NCBI GenBank assembly: GCA_964427245.1
Contig: CAYRSX010000038.1
Coordinates: 2,495-66,494 of the forward strand
Direction: 5' to 3'
DNA length: 64,000 bases
Origin: an uncultured Desulfobulbaceae bacterium
Lineage (GTDB): Bacteria; Desulfobacterota; Dissulfuribacteria; Dissulfuribacterales; DYLC01
Within the stretch, counting starts at the first letter, position 1, and each line of letters starts with the position of its first letter. The position numbers and the translations under genes are program-made. This document shows positions 8,696 through 17,722 of the stretch, in pieces. The notes under the pieces are model-generated. The model was not told the origin of the DNA. It saw nothing but the letters and a program-made list of their open reading frames with translations, and did no database searches.

Positions 8696-11275
8696 TTGCA
8701 CCACAGCCTCCTCTTCATAACAGCCATTTTCTTCTTCTGCCTCGGCATTGCAGGAGCCTCTTGTAGTTTAGAGCCTGTTAGCCATGCAATGCAAAATGAT
8801 GCAATTCGGCTGGTCATCGGCTGGTCTTGTGTCTTTTTGGGTGGTTGCGGGCTTTTGGGACAGTTGGTTTCGTTTATTCGGCAAAAAAGGCAGGCAAATG
8901 CAGAGACAAGACCTGTCGGCCTTTCAACATACTTGCTGTCCTGCCTTTTTGCGGCCGTTTTGTTTCTGGGACTAGGCGGTGTGCATGTTTGTTTCTATGA
9001 AAAGAGCTATGCTGACAGGGCGGGGCCCCTTTGGGATATAGCGCAAAAAAAAGAGGAAGTGGTGCTTATAGGACAGGTGATTCGTATGCCTGTTTCCACT
9101 GAAAGAGGTGACACTCGTTTGCGTATAGGCCTGTTGGCAAGGGCCGAACCACAAGGCCTGTCACTCATCAAAGGCGATATCTTGCTTCATGTGAAGAGCC
9201 TGGATTATCGGGATGTGCTGCCGGGTGATGTCTTGCGTTTTGCGGTCAGATTACGGGAACCCAAGGGATTTGCTGTGCCCGGGGCCTTTGATCACAGGCT
9301 CTGGCTGGAGATTCAGGGCATTCATGCAACGGCAATTGTGGTCAGTCCTCTGAAGATGGCTGTGACCGGTCATTTTCACTCTTCTCCTGTGCTGCCTTAT
9401 TGGCGGTATGTGTTGGAGACGAAGCGAATGCGACTTGTTGAGGCGTTGTGCGAGGCATTCCCTTCAAATGACACGCGTAGCCTTGCAGTGGGTTTGCTGC
9501 TGGGCGAGCAGGCAGGCATGGACAAAGATGTCCGGGAGCTTGCTCAAGTGACCGGTATAAGCCATCTGCTGGCAGTTTCGGGCACCAATATGACTCTGGT
9601 TGCCCTTATGGCCGGGTTGCTCGTGTATCGTCTCCTCATTCACTGGCAGTTCATTGCACTGAGATTTTCCGTGCGGCGGATAGCGGCAGGCATGGCTGTG
9701 ATGGCCGTTCTTATATATGCTGGAATGGCGGGTTTTTCTGTTTCCGCCATACGGGCTGTACTTATGACCGTCGCCATCTCGGCCGCTTTTGTCCTGAACC
9801 GGCCTCAAAGCCTTTTGAACGCACTGGCCCTGGCTGGTCTGGTCCTGTTGCTCTTTGAGCCGTTACAGCTTTTCAGTCCCTCATTTCAGCTGTCTTTTGC
9901 GGCTGTCTTCTTTTTGTGCGGTCTGGCTGCGCCTTTTTTACAACGATTTGAAAAAACAACCACCCCGCCCTTCGGGCACCCCTCCACAGGAGGGGACACC
10001 ACTTCCGGCATAAATAGGCCGCCATTGATTACATTGAAATACCGCATCATATCCCTGTTTGTAGCGGGTTTTGTGGCCCTTTTGGCCACTGCTCCCTTTA
10101 TCGCATGGCATTTTCAAAGGTTTTCTTTGCTGGCTCTGCCTGTAAATCTCGTAGCGGTGCCCCTGACTGATCTCCTTTTGTTGCCGGGTCTTATGCTCGG
10201 GGCATTGTCGCTGCCTTTTTCTTCTGCAGTGGCCTTTGGTATCTGGCGAGTCATGGATGTAATTCTCGGTCTGTCTTTGAATGGTTTGCAGTGGATAAGC
10301 GGTTGGGAGTATGCTTCGTTTTGGTGCATCAAGCCATGGATGTGGCAGGTGGTCGTCTCATGTATGGTACTTCTGGCCCTAGTGTTGGCTGTTAGGCATA
10401 GGGGTCGGGAGAAGAGATGGCTTTGCATCTCATTGGTTTTGGCGATGACATGTGTGGGAGGGTTTTGGTATCGGACCTGGACGATATCCAACAGCAGTAC
10501 TCTTCGACTTCATGTTTTAGACGTAGGGCAGGGTTTGGCACAGGTAGTGGAAGGCCCTAGGGGTTTTTTGATGGTCATGGATGCAGGAGGTCTTGGCAAT
10601 ACGGATTTCGATACCGGAGAAAGGCTGGTGGCCCCTTTCATAAGACATCTCGGTTATAATACCATCGATCTCCTGGTGATGAGTCATCCTGAACAGGATC
10701 ACATGGGAGGTATTCCATATCTGCTCAGGCATTTTCGAGTCAAACGGTTTTGGAGCAATGGCGCTTCAGGAGAGGGGGAGACATGGAATCTACTTCAGAC
10801 AGCCCTTACGAAGACGGCCTGTACTGTTGAGACGCCTTCTGATGGCGATGTGTTGAATGTACAGGGTCTTTCCGTTCGGCCCCTCATCCTTCATGGATGC
10901 CACGGTCTGGAGACGCGAAACGCCCGTTCACTGGTGTTGCTATTGGAGTATCGAGGTCGCTCGCTCCTTCTTACAGGTGACATGGATGCCCAACGAGCGG
11001 CCTGTATTCTAAAAGAACTTTCTCATACGGATATCCTGGTAGCGCCTCATCATGGCAGCAAGGGCTCCAATTCCCCCGCGTTCGTTCAGGCGGCCAGTCC
11101 GGGCGTGGTGATATTTTCCGCTGGCAGGGACAATCCCTTTCATCTGCCCAACAAGTCGGTGATTCAGCGCTATATGGAGGTAGGCAGCAGGATTTTGACC
11201 ACAGAACGAAATGGAACCATCACGGTTGAGGTGAGTGCATCAAGTGCATTGAGTATAAGAAATAGCTTGCCGTGA
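8696..11275 (+). CDS. comEC: DNA internalization-related competence protein ComEC/Rec2 (polytopic membrane domain plus C-terminal metallo-beta-lactamase domain)
   Basis: Multiple TM segments. The competence-domain motif LAVSGTNMTLV is present, as is the C-terminal MBL motif LVMSHPEQDHMGG ... APHHGS. The start is TTG at 8696 (ORF track) and is uncertain. Confidence 0.8.
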   Translation: MHHSLLFITAIFFFCLGIAGASCSLEPVSHAMQNDAIRLVIGWSCVFLGGCGLLGQLVSFIRQKRQANAETRPVGLSTYLLSCLFAAVLFLGLGGVHVCFYEKSYADRAGPLWDIAQKKEEVVLIGQVIRMPVSTERGDTRLRIGLLARAEPQGLSLIKGDILLHVKSLDYRDVLPGDVLRFAVRLREPKGFAVPGAFDHRLWLEIQGIHATAIVVSPLKMAVTGHFHSSPVLPYWRYVLETKRMRLVEALCEAFPSNDTRSLAVGLLLGEQAGMDKDVRELAQVTGISHLLAVSGTNMTLVALMAGLLVYRLLIHWQFIALRFSVRRIAAGMAVMAVLIYAGMAGFSVSAIRAVLMTVAISAAFVLNRPQSLLNALALAGLVLLLFEPLQLFSPSFQLSFAAVFFLCGLAAPFLQRFEKTTTPPFGHPSTGGDTTSGINRPPLITLKYRIISLFVAGFVALLATAPFIAWHFQRFSLLALPVNLVAVPLTDLLLLPGLMLGALSLPFSSAVAFGIWRVMDVILGLSLNGLQWISGWEYASFWCIKPWMWQVVVSCMVLLALVLAVRHRGREKRWLCISLVLAMTCVGGFWYRTWTISNSSTLRLHVLDVGQGLAQVVEGPRGFLMVMDAGGLGNTDFDTGERLVAPFIRHLGYNTIDLLVMSHPEQDHMGGIPYLLRHFRVKRFWSNGASGEGETWNLLQTALTKTACTVETPSDGDVLNVQGLSVRPLILHGCHGLETRNARSLVLLLEYRGRSLLLTGDMDAQRAACILKELSHTDILVAPHHGSKGSNSPAFVQAASPGVVIFSAGRDNPFHLPNKSVIQRYMEVGSRILTTERNGTITVEVSASSALSIRNSLP
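9956..10005. repeat. copy of the GC-rich double-hairpin repeat module (M5) embedded in-frame in comEC
   Basis: The reverse complement GAAGTGGTGTCCCCTCCTGTGGAGGGGTGCCCGAAGGGCGGGGTGGTTGT matches 37605..37655 apart from one substitution and a 1-nt indel. Confidence 0.85.
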
Positions 11276-11336
11276 TGTAGTTTCAGCCTTTATTATGAGA
11301 AGGGAAAACAAACCCGTAGGTATCTGAAATAATAGG

Positions 11337-11353
11337 ACAGGCGTCTCGCCTGT
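11337..11353. repeat. repeat module M2 hairpin (ACAGGCG-TCT-CGCCTGT)
   Basis: This palindromic 17-mer lies between comEC and gmhA. The same module recurs at about 21220-21235, 37556-37575 and 45156-45173. Confidence 0.7.
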
Positions 11354-11376
11354 TCTACTGGTATGAAAGGGACAAC

Positions 11377-11958
11377 ATGAAAAAACTGATTCAGACCATA
11401 GACAAGCTATTTGACGAGCATTTGAAGGCTGTTTTAGAGGCTCAGCAATTCACTGCTATTCTGGCCCAATTGGTCGTGATGTTAAGCGACGCCCTGCAGC
11501 AAGGCAATAAGATACTGGTCTTCGGAAACGGAGGAAGCGCGGCTGATGCCCAGCACCTGGCCGCTGAACTGGTTGGGCGTTTTAAACTGGAGCGAAGAGG
11601 ACTGCCGGCCATAGCCTTGACCACAGATACCTCCATTTTGACAGCATTGGCCAATGATTACGGTTTTGAGAGAGTCTTTGCCCGCCAGGTGGAGGCCTTG
11701 GCTCAAAAAGGAGATGTGCTTTTGGGTATCACCACCAGCGGCAATTCTTCAAACGTCATTGAAGCCTTTGAGCAGGGCAGGCGTATGGGCACAGTGCTGA
11801 TAGCCTTCACAGGTGAAACAGGCGGCAGGCTTACCTATCAAAGGGATGTGCTTCTGCTGAGGGCGTCTTCCTCTAACACTCCGCGCATTCAGGAGATACA
11901 CGGCCTGTGGATTCATATTCTGTGCGAGCTGTTGGAGAAAACTCTCTTCGAGAAGTGA
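11377..11958 (+). CDS. gmhA: D-sedoheptulose-7-phosphate isomerase (SIS domain, GmhA/DiaA family)
   Basis: ILVFGNGGSAADAQHLAAELVGRF...LTTDTSILTALANDYGFERVFARQVEAL...GITTSGNSSNV are GmhA signatures. Confidence 0.85.
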   Translation: MKKLIQTIDKLFDEHLKAVLEAQQFTAILAQLVVMLSDALQQGNKILVFGNGGSAADAQHLAAELVGRFKLERRGLPAIALTTDTSILTALANDYGFERVFARQVEALAQKGDVLLGITTSGNSSNVIEAFEQGRRMGTVLIAFTGETGGRLTYQRDVLLLRASSSNTPRIQEIHGLWIHILCELLEKTLFEK

Positions 11959-12209
11959 GTGGCAGCGAACATTTACATGAAAGTTATAAGTTCTGGTTTT
12001 TTATTTTTGTGCCAAGGTGGGCCGTTTTTATAGACATGCTATTTTTTTATGCAATTAAAATAATAAGATACTGCTATTTTATAGCGCTTATGCTCATAAA
12101 AATCCTATTTTATGATATAGATAAAGCAAATTGATGTGTAAGTTGGCATTGACAATTCGAATATTGCTTTTTATAGGATTATCATCAAACTTTTATTAAG
12201 GAGGAGTCT

Positions 12210-13541
12210 ATGAAGTTCAAACAGTTGGGGCTGTTGTGTCTGAGCGGGTGTATGCTCGCAACGGTTGCCTACGGTGCCGCCAAGCCGGAAGCGTCCAAGC
12301 AGACCAAGGCCAAGACAATGGCTGAGCTGGCAGCTAGGTACGATTCCAAATCGTGTGAGGAATGTCATCCTGATGTGTATGAACAGTGGCAGAAGTCGAT
12401 TCACTCCCGTTCCCTTTTGGGTACGGGCCGCACTGCGCCTACTATTCTTACGGCCATCGATATGGGAATCAAAAAATTTCCATATTCTGGTGTAAAAGAG
12501 GATAAGGATCTGGAGGTCAGGCATTTCATGCTTTGTGCCAAGTGTCATTTGCCTCAGATCGACGAGGCGAGTGATGAAGTGGTAAGAGAGATCATAGCCA
12601 CTATTCGTGCCTGGCAAAAAGAGGACAACGACGCCAAAAGAGAAGAATTGGAAAAGAAGATCTCCAGCGTCAACATCGGCTGTATGGTTTGCCATAACAA
12701 GAAGGCCATCATTCATAAGTGGGCGGATGGTTATGCACAGCCTGATACCGTCTATGGCTCCAAGGCAGGCAAGCATGAACACCCCAAATTTGACAAAATG
12801 GCCAAGGCTCCGGCTTTGGGTGAGGCCATTTTCTGCGGCCAGTGTCATGGTTTAGGGCCCAATTTCGAGCTGGATGAACCTTCCCAGTGCGCCACTCTTT
12901 ATGGCAGTTATCTCTTCGCCTATGTGCCCGAGGGCGGCCATGAGAGCTGTCAGGAATGTCACATGAAGAAGTCCGGTCTGGGTCACGACATGGAGGCCTA
13001 TCGCAGTGAGGCCATGAGAAAAATGGCCATCAAGGCCGAGGTGGACGGCAGGACCTTGTTCTGGAGAAAAAACAAGAAAGAAGGCGTGGTGCCCATGGGC
13101 ATCATCAATGTGGAGCTTATGAATAAGGCTGGTCATGTCATTCCGGATGGGTGACCTACTCCAAACAGAGTGGTCCTGGAAGTGACCGCCAAAACCAATG
13201 ATGGAAAAGAGATATACAAGGAGCAGAAGATATATATGCCTTTCCCGGGTCGTTTGGGCCGTGGAGAAGAGATGGGCCGTGGTCCATATGAAAAGAGCGG
13301 CTTGCTGAGAGAAACCAGTCTGCCGCCTCTTCGTCCCGTGAAAGAGACCTTTGAGATTCCATTCCCCTATGTGGACACCACTAAGGACGGTAAGCCTTAT
13401 AGAGAGCTGGTCAAGGACGAGATGACTGTGTCCGTCAAACTCTGGTATGTACCGTTTGGTGAGTTTGATGGCAACGAGGTCCTTTTCTTCGGTGAGGAGA
13501 AGAAATTGGAGCTCAAGGGTGAGTGGGTGTGGCATAATTAG
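12210..13541 (+). CDS. periplasmic pentahaem cytochrome c with an in-frame TGA at 13152-13154, read here as a probable selenocysteine codon
   Basis: SD AAGGAGG, then signal peptide MKFKQLGLLCLSGCMLATVAYGAA. Five CxxCH motifs: CEECH, CAKCH, CMVCH, CGQCH, CQECH. ORFs 12210..13154 and 13170..13541 are in the same frame. The sequence across the TGA aligns with the uninterrupted paralogue at 45395..46735. Confidence 0.65.
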
Positions 13542-13572
13542 CTCTCATATTTTATAGAACTTGAAACACTAA

Positions 13573-13606
13573 GCGGAACAGACCGGCCAGTCTGTTCCGC
13601 TTTTTT
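13573..13606 (+). terminator. rho-independent terminator after the cytochrome gene
   Basis: GCGGAACAGAC-cggcca-GTCTGTTCCGC followed by TTTTTT. Confidence 0.85.
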
Positions 13607-13648
13607 GTCCCAAAAATAGACATGGGATGAGAAATCTATATGTTACTG

Positions 13649-13730
13649 GTCATTGCGAAAACTCAAAGAGTTCGTGGCAATCTCATTACAACATATGAGA
13701 TTGCTTCGCTTTGCTTGCAATAACAATCTT
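13649..13730. repeat. two head-to-head copies of repeat module M6 (GTCATTGCGA...GCAATCTC type)
   Basis: GGTCATTGCGAAAACTCAAAGAGTTCGTGGCAATCTCAT-tacaacat-ATGAGATTGCTTCGCTTTGCTTGCAATAA contains a perfect 10-bp inverted repeat, GCAATCTCAT/ATGAGATTGC. A related GAGATTGCTTCG unit occurs at about 45231. Confidence 0.65.
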
Positions 13731-13929
13731 CTATGTCTATTTTTCGGTTTTGTTTTAATGGTTGTTTTTTTCCGGTGACGTGAGTATGTTAAAAAAATTA
13801 ACAAAACTCCCATAAAAGTGTCCTTTTGTCCGTTCTACGCCTTGGTCAATGGACAAAATTACATTTTTTGGCAGTTTTCTTCGTTGTATTTGGTTGTTGA
13901 TTAAATAGTTGCAGAAAAGGAGCTGGCCC

Positions 13930-14280
13930 ATGAAGCAGAAAGGCATCATATGTGTTGTATGTATAGGTTTTGGCTTGCTTGCCTTGCCGGCCCTTGCGGA
14001 AACAGATGTCAAATGTGAACGCATCGGAAACACCACTGTTTGTTCCAATGGGACCACCTACGAACACAAAGGAGACAAGACCATTCGTTCCGATGGCGTG
14101 GTTTACGAACATATAGGCAATACCACCATCAGCTCCACAGGCAGAGTTTATGAACAAAAAGGAGACGAGGTGAGGGTCTTGGACGGTAAGGTCTATAAAA
14201 AGGTGGGAACGGCTATTATAGGTAGCGATGGAACGGTATGCCAGACTCGAAACGGAGTGGTGGTCTGTGAACGGCCATAG
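13930..14280 (+). CDS. small secreted protein made of 15-residue tandem repeats (hypothetical)
   Basis: SD AAGGAG, ATG at 13930, signal peptide MKQKGIICVVCIGFGLLALPALA. The mature part is about 5 repeats of G-x-x-x-[VI]-x-S-x-G-x-x-Y-E-x-K, bracketed by Cys pairs. Confidence 0.6.
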   Translation: MKQKGIICVVCIGFGLLALPALAETDVKCERIGNTTVCSNGTTYEHKGDKTIRSDGVVYEHIGNTTISSTGRVYEQKGDEVRVLDGKVYKKVGTAIIGSDGTVCQTRNGVVVCERP

Positions 14281-14281
14281 G

Positions 14282-14740
14282 TTAATTAAAGGCCACTTCT
14301 ACGGTGAAATCTCCGTTGGGTGTGCTGAAGGGCATGGCCACACATGGGCCTTTACTGATGTGTTTGATGGTATGTCCTTCGCCTGAGATGACGGTCGGTG
14401 TCCCTGCCTGCAGCACGATGCCTGCAGCTTCGAGCCTTCTTCTGGCATCTCCGCATATCATGTTGGTCAGTTCGCCCACAGCGTCTTTCACTTCATCATT
14501 GAGTTCCGTCACTGGTGTTCCAAAGAGATTGGAGACAATGGCGCAGATGCAAGTGGTTGAAAAGGAGATGGACATAGATCCCTGTGCCTCGCCGGTGATA
14601 CCTATGATGCCCGATGCATCGCCATTGGCGGTTTGGTCTTTTTTTAGAAAGGGTTTGCCCGGTGTAACTTCCACCATGGCCATGGTCTTTAGGACGTTTA
14701 CAGCTGCTTCCAAAAAGGGATTTATAATCTTGGCGTCCAT
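14282..14740 (-). CDS. cheX: chemotaxis protein CheX-like phosphatase
   Basis: MDAKIINPFLEAAVNVLKTMAMVEV...ISFST...MICGDA... is CheX-family-like in length and motifs. Confidence 0.7.
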   Translation of the reverse strand: MDAKIINPFLEAAVNVLKTMAMVEVTPGKPFLKKDQTANGDASGIIGITGEAQGSMSISFSTTCICAIVSNLFGTPVTELNDEVKDAVGELTNMICGDARRRLEAAGIVLQAGTPTVISGEGHTIKHISKGPCVAMPFSTPNGDFTVEVAFN

Positions 14741-14826
14741 CTCACTCTCCTGTTTCGTCGATATTTACAATAGATTTTATTAGATAAACAAAAAAGTAAT
14801 AAAAAACAAGTCTGATTATCGTGACT

Positions 14827-15465
14827 TTATAAAAAATGTGTTACAACATTTTCATATAATCTATCTATCTGTTCCATTGAAAGCCCTGCACCCAGGCCAA
14901 CTTTCCTTGCAAAATCCTGAGTCATGAAATCTGATGGTGCATGACCGTCCGAATTTATGACCAGAGACGCCCCATATTTTACTGCCAGTCCGGCTACATG
15001 GCCATTGGTCAGGGAATGTCCTTTTCTGCCTGATAATTCCAAAAACACCCCTTTTTGTGCTGCTGCCTGCACATCCTCCGGCGTGATCATGCCTGGGTGG
15101 GCCAATATGTCAACTCCAGCCTCTATGGCAGCCCTGTTGGTGCCGGGACATACGGGTTCAACTATGGTTTCTCCGTGGCATACTACGATCTTGGCCCCCA
15201 ATCTTCGGGCTTCCTGCACCAGCCGTGGAATCACGGCGGGCTTTACATGTGTGAGTTCAACGCCTGGCAGCAGTTGGGCTGTGCTGTATTTGTTGATATC
15301 GTCCAGTGTTTTCAAGAGGTTGGTTAATATGTGCTCAAGGTTGGATGCATCAGCATGGTCGGTGATGGCAATGGCCTGATAGCCTATTACCTCCACTCGT
15401 CTGACCAGTTCCGAGGGCAACAGTTCGCCGTCGCTGAATATGCTGTGGCAGTGTAGATCGATCAT
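14827..15465 (-). CDS. PHP domain (histidinol-phosphatase-like) metal-dependent phosphoesterase
   Basis: The N-terminal MIDLHCHSIFSDG motif, an internal ITDHAD and HP... histidines are typical of PHP domains. Confidence 0.75.
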   Translation of the reverse strand: MIDLHCHSIFSDGELLPSELVRRVEVIGYQAIAITDHADASNLEHILTNLLKTLDDINKYSTAQLLPGVELTHVKPAVIPRLVQEARRLGAKIVVCHGETIVEPVCPGTNRAAIEAGVDILAHPGMITPEDVQAAAQKGVFLELSGRKGHSLTNGHVAGLAVKYGASLVINSDGHAPSDFMTQDFARKVGLGAGLSMEQIDRLYENVVTHFL

Positions 15466-15471
15466 ATAGCC

Positions 15472-15957
15472 TCACATCTTGTATTTGAAGTGTTCAGGTC
15501 CCAATTCTTCCAATACCTGATCCCAGTTCTGGGGCTGTGACGAGTGGTCCGAAGTGGTTTCCATTTTTATTTTCTGCATGACCCTGTCGTTTACATAGAT
15601 CGGTGCCTTGGTCTTTAGGGCGATAGCCACTGCATCACTGGGCCTGGCATCGATTTTGGAGACTATCCCACCGTTTTTTGCTGTGATAACGGCATAAAAG
15701 GTATCATTTTTCATTTCAGAGATCTCTACCTCCAGAAGCTCTATCCCCATTTCTTTGATGAAAGTAACTAATAAGTCATGTGTCATGGGCCTTGTAAACT
15801 GAAGCCGTTCCAGTTCTGAGGCTATCGCAGTGGCCTCCATGACACCGATCCAGATAGGCAGAGTGCGAGAACCGTTCAGTTCCTGCAGAAGCAGGATCGG
15901 AGAATTGGAATCAGGATCTAGTGTAATGGACTGTACATATACAGGTATTCGATGCAT
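15472..15957 (-). CDS. bifunctional nuclease family protein (DUF151/BFN)
   Basis: PILLLQELNGSRTLPIWIGVMEATAIASELE...RPMTHDLL...ARPSDAVAIAL is the BFN signature. Confidence 0.8.
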   Translation of the reverse strand: MHRIPVYVQSITLDPDSNSPILLLQELNGSRTLPIWIGVMEATAIASELERLQFTRPMTHDLLVTFIKEMGIELLEVEISEMKNDTFYAVITAKNGGIVSKIDARPSDAVAIALKTKAPIYVNDRVMQKIKMETTSDHSSQPQNWDQVLEELGPEHFKYKM

Positions 15958-16055
15958 TGGATTCTCCTGGTGAAACTGCCAAGTTTTTATTGTTGTAACT
16001 TAGTAGATAACCTCGAAAAAATCAAAAACAATGGTTGGGATTGCGGAGCCTGGCC

Positions 16056-17390
16056 CTACAGGCATCCGGTAAATATTGTCTGCAATTCGCCTCGCAATGA
16101 ATGGCAAAATGCCTCTGTAACCGTTATTGGAACGGTTTGTCCCATTAAATTTCCTATGGCCTTGAAGTTTACCACATGATTGTCTCTGGTTCTACCCGCC
16201 ATTTCCGATGTATCTTTTGAACTGACGCCTTCAACCAACACCTCGACTGTCTTGCCCACCAACCGCTGGTGTCTTTTGTGGCTTATCTCGTGTTGAAGTT
16301 CCACTATTTGTGTCAGCCTTTGAGTTTTGAGCTCAAGGGGAAGTTGTTCTGGCAATTGGGCTGCACGAGTGAATGGTCGTGGTGAATAATTGAAGACAAA
16401 AAGCTGTTCGTATTGCACTTCTTGAAGAAGGGACAGCGTCTCCTCAAAATCTTCTTGAGTTTCCCCAGGAAATCCTACTATCACATCTGTAGTGAGAGAG
16501 ATTTCCGGACAAAGTTCGCGTAATCTGTGAATCTTGGCGAGATATTCTTCTCTCGTGTATCTGCGGTTCATGGCCTTTAGAATGCGCGTGGAACCTGATT
16601 GTACCGGAAGATGCAGGTGCTCGCACAGGCAGGGAATTTTCACAAAACATTCCATGAGTTCCTCGGTCAGGTCTTTGGGATGGCTGGTCATGAATCTCAG
16701 CCGTTCTACTTCGCAATCAGCTACCTCTTGAAGCAATTGTGCAAAATTTTCAGAACCGTTTTTTTTGCCATAGGAATTGACATTTTGCCCCAGGAGAGTG
16801 ATCTCCTTTATGCCATGGTTGACCGCCTCTTTTACCTCGGTAAGGATGTCCTGCATGGGCCGGCTGATCTCACGACCTCTCACATACGGCACCACGCAAT
16901 AGGAACAGAAGTTGTCGCAGCCCTGCATGATGGTGATAAACCGTTGAAAGGGATGCGCATTGGGGAGTTGAGTGGTCAGGATTGGAATACGAAAATCCTG
17001 TGCGAGTTCCGTGTGGCATACCCTGTTGCCTTTTTCAGCCGCCTGGAGCAATGAAGGCAGGCTGTAGAGGGTCTGAGGCCCAAAGACTATGTCCACGTAG
17101 GGTAGTTTTTGCAGAAGCCGTTCCCCCTCTTGCTGTGCTACACAGCCTCCTATGCCGAGAATCAGGTCTTTTTTCCGTTTCTTGAGTTTCCGGAATCTGC
17201 CCGCCATGCTATAGACCTTGTTTTCTGCCTTTTCGCGAATAGAGCAGGTGTTGAGCGGGATCAGGTCTGCGTCTGACCGATTGTCCGTGGGTTCATACGC
17301 AGGATATAGCAATTGAAATATGCGCTGCGTATCATGCTCGTTCATCTGGCAGCCAAAGGTTATGATGTGAATGCGCTTAGATGGTGTCAT
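16056..17390 (-). CDS. miaB: tRNA-2-methylthio-N6-dimethylallyladenosine synthase (radical SAM methylthiotransferase)
   Basis: IITFGCQMNEHDT (UPF0004 domain), radical SAM CDNFCSYCVVP, and a C-terminal TRAM domain. Confidence 0.9.
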   Translation of the reverse strand: MTPSKRIHIITFGCQMNEHDTQRIFQLLYPAYEPTDNRSDADLIPLNTCSIREKAENKVYSMAGRFRKLKKRKKDLILGIGGCVAQQEGERLLQKLPYVDIVFGPQTLYSLPSLLQAAEKGNRVCHTELAQDFRIPILTTQLPNAHPFQRFITIMQGCDNFCSYCVVPYVRGREISRPMQDILTEVKEAVNHGIKEITLLGQNVNSYGKKNGSENFAQLLQEVADCEVERLRFMTSHPKDLTEELMECFVKIPCLCEHLHLPVQSGSTRILKAMNRRYTREEYLAKIHRLRELCPEISLTTDVIVGFPGETQEDFEETLSLLQEVQYEQLFVFNYSPRPFTRAAQLPEQLPLELKTQRLTQIVELQHEISHKRHQRLVGKTVEVLVEGVSSKDTSEMAGRTRDNHVVNFKAIGNLMGQTVPITVTEAFCHSLRGELQTIFTGCL

Positions 17391-17614
17391 ATGTTAGTGA
17401 TAATCTGATAGCCTCCTGTGATTTCGGTTAGTTCCGTTAGAATGTCTTGCAGGTCCTTTTCGCCGCCTGCAACATGGCGTATCTCCACAAGGCCGCAATC
17501 CCTGTTTATGGTGGTCATTATATATAAATTGTCGTAGGCCTCAAGGATAAAGCGTAAAAAATAAACGGCCTGCGGCCGAATCCTGAGCCTCAATATATGG
17601 AGATCGTCGCTCAA
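17387..17614 (-). CDS. DUF4911 domain protein
   Basis: YFLRFILEAYDNLYIMTTINRDCGLVEIR, with an ATGA overlap with miaB. As I recall it, this small gene commonly sits upstream of miaB in deltaproteobacteria. Confidence 0.6.
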   Translation of the reverse strand: MSDDLHILRLRIRPQAVYFLRFILEAYDNLYIMTTINRDCGLVEIRHVAGGEKDLQDILTELTEITGGYQIITNI

Positions 17615-17722
17615 TTGAGAATGCCCTGCCTGTGAAATATATGTTGCTTTTTTTGAAGGTTCATATCATAATTATTTATTATTCAACCTATTTTATAAGA
17701 ATCTTCAATAAAAAGGTAGTCT

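Noticed and set aside
13170-13541. Treating the 123-aa ORF after the cytochrome as an independent gene
   Set aside because: It is in the same frame as the upstream cytochrome ORF and separated from it only by TGA plus five sense codons. It has no convincing SD and only a GTG start. It corresponds to the C-terminal domain of the uninterrupted paralogue. Sec read-through is the more economical reading, though unproven.
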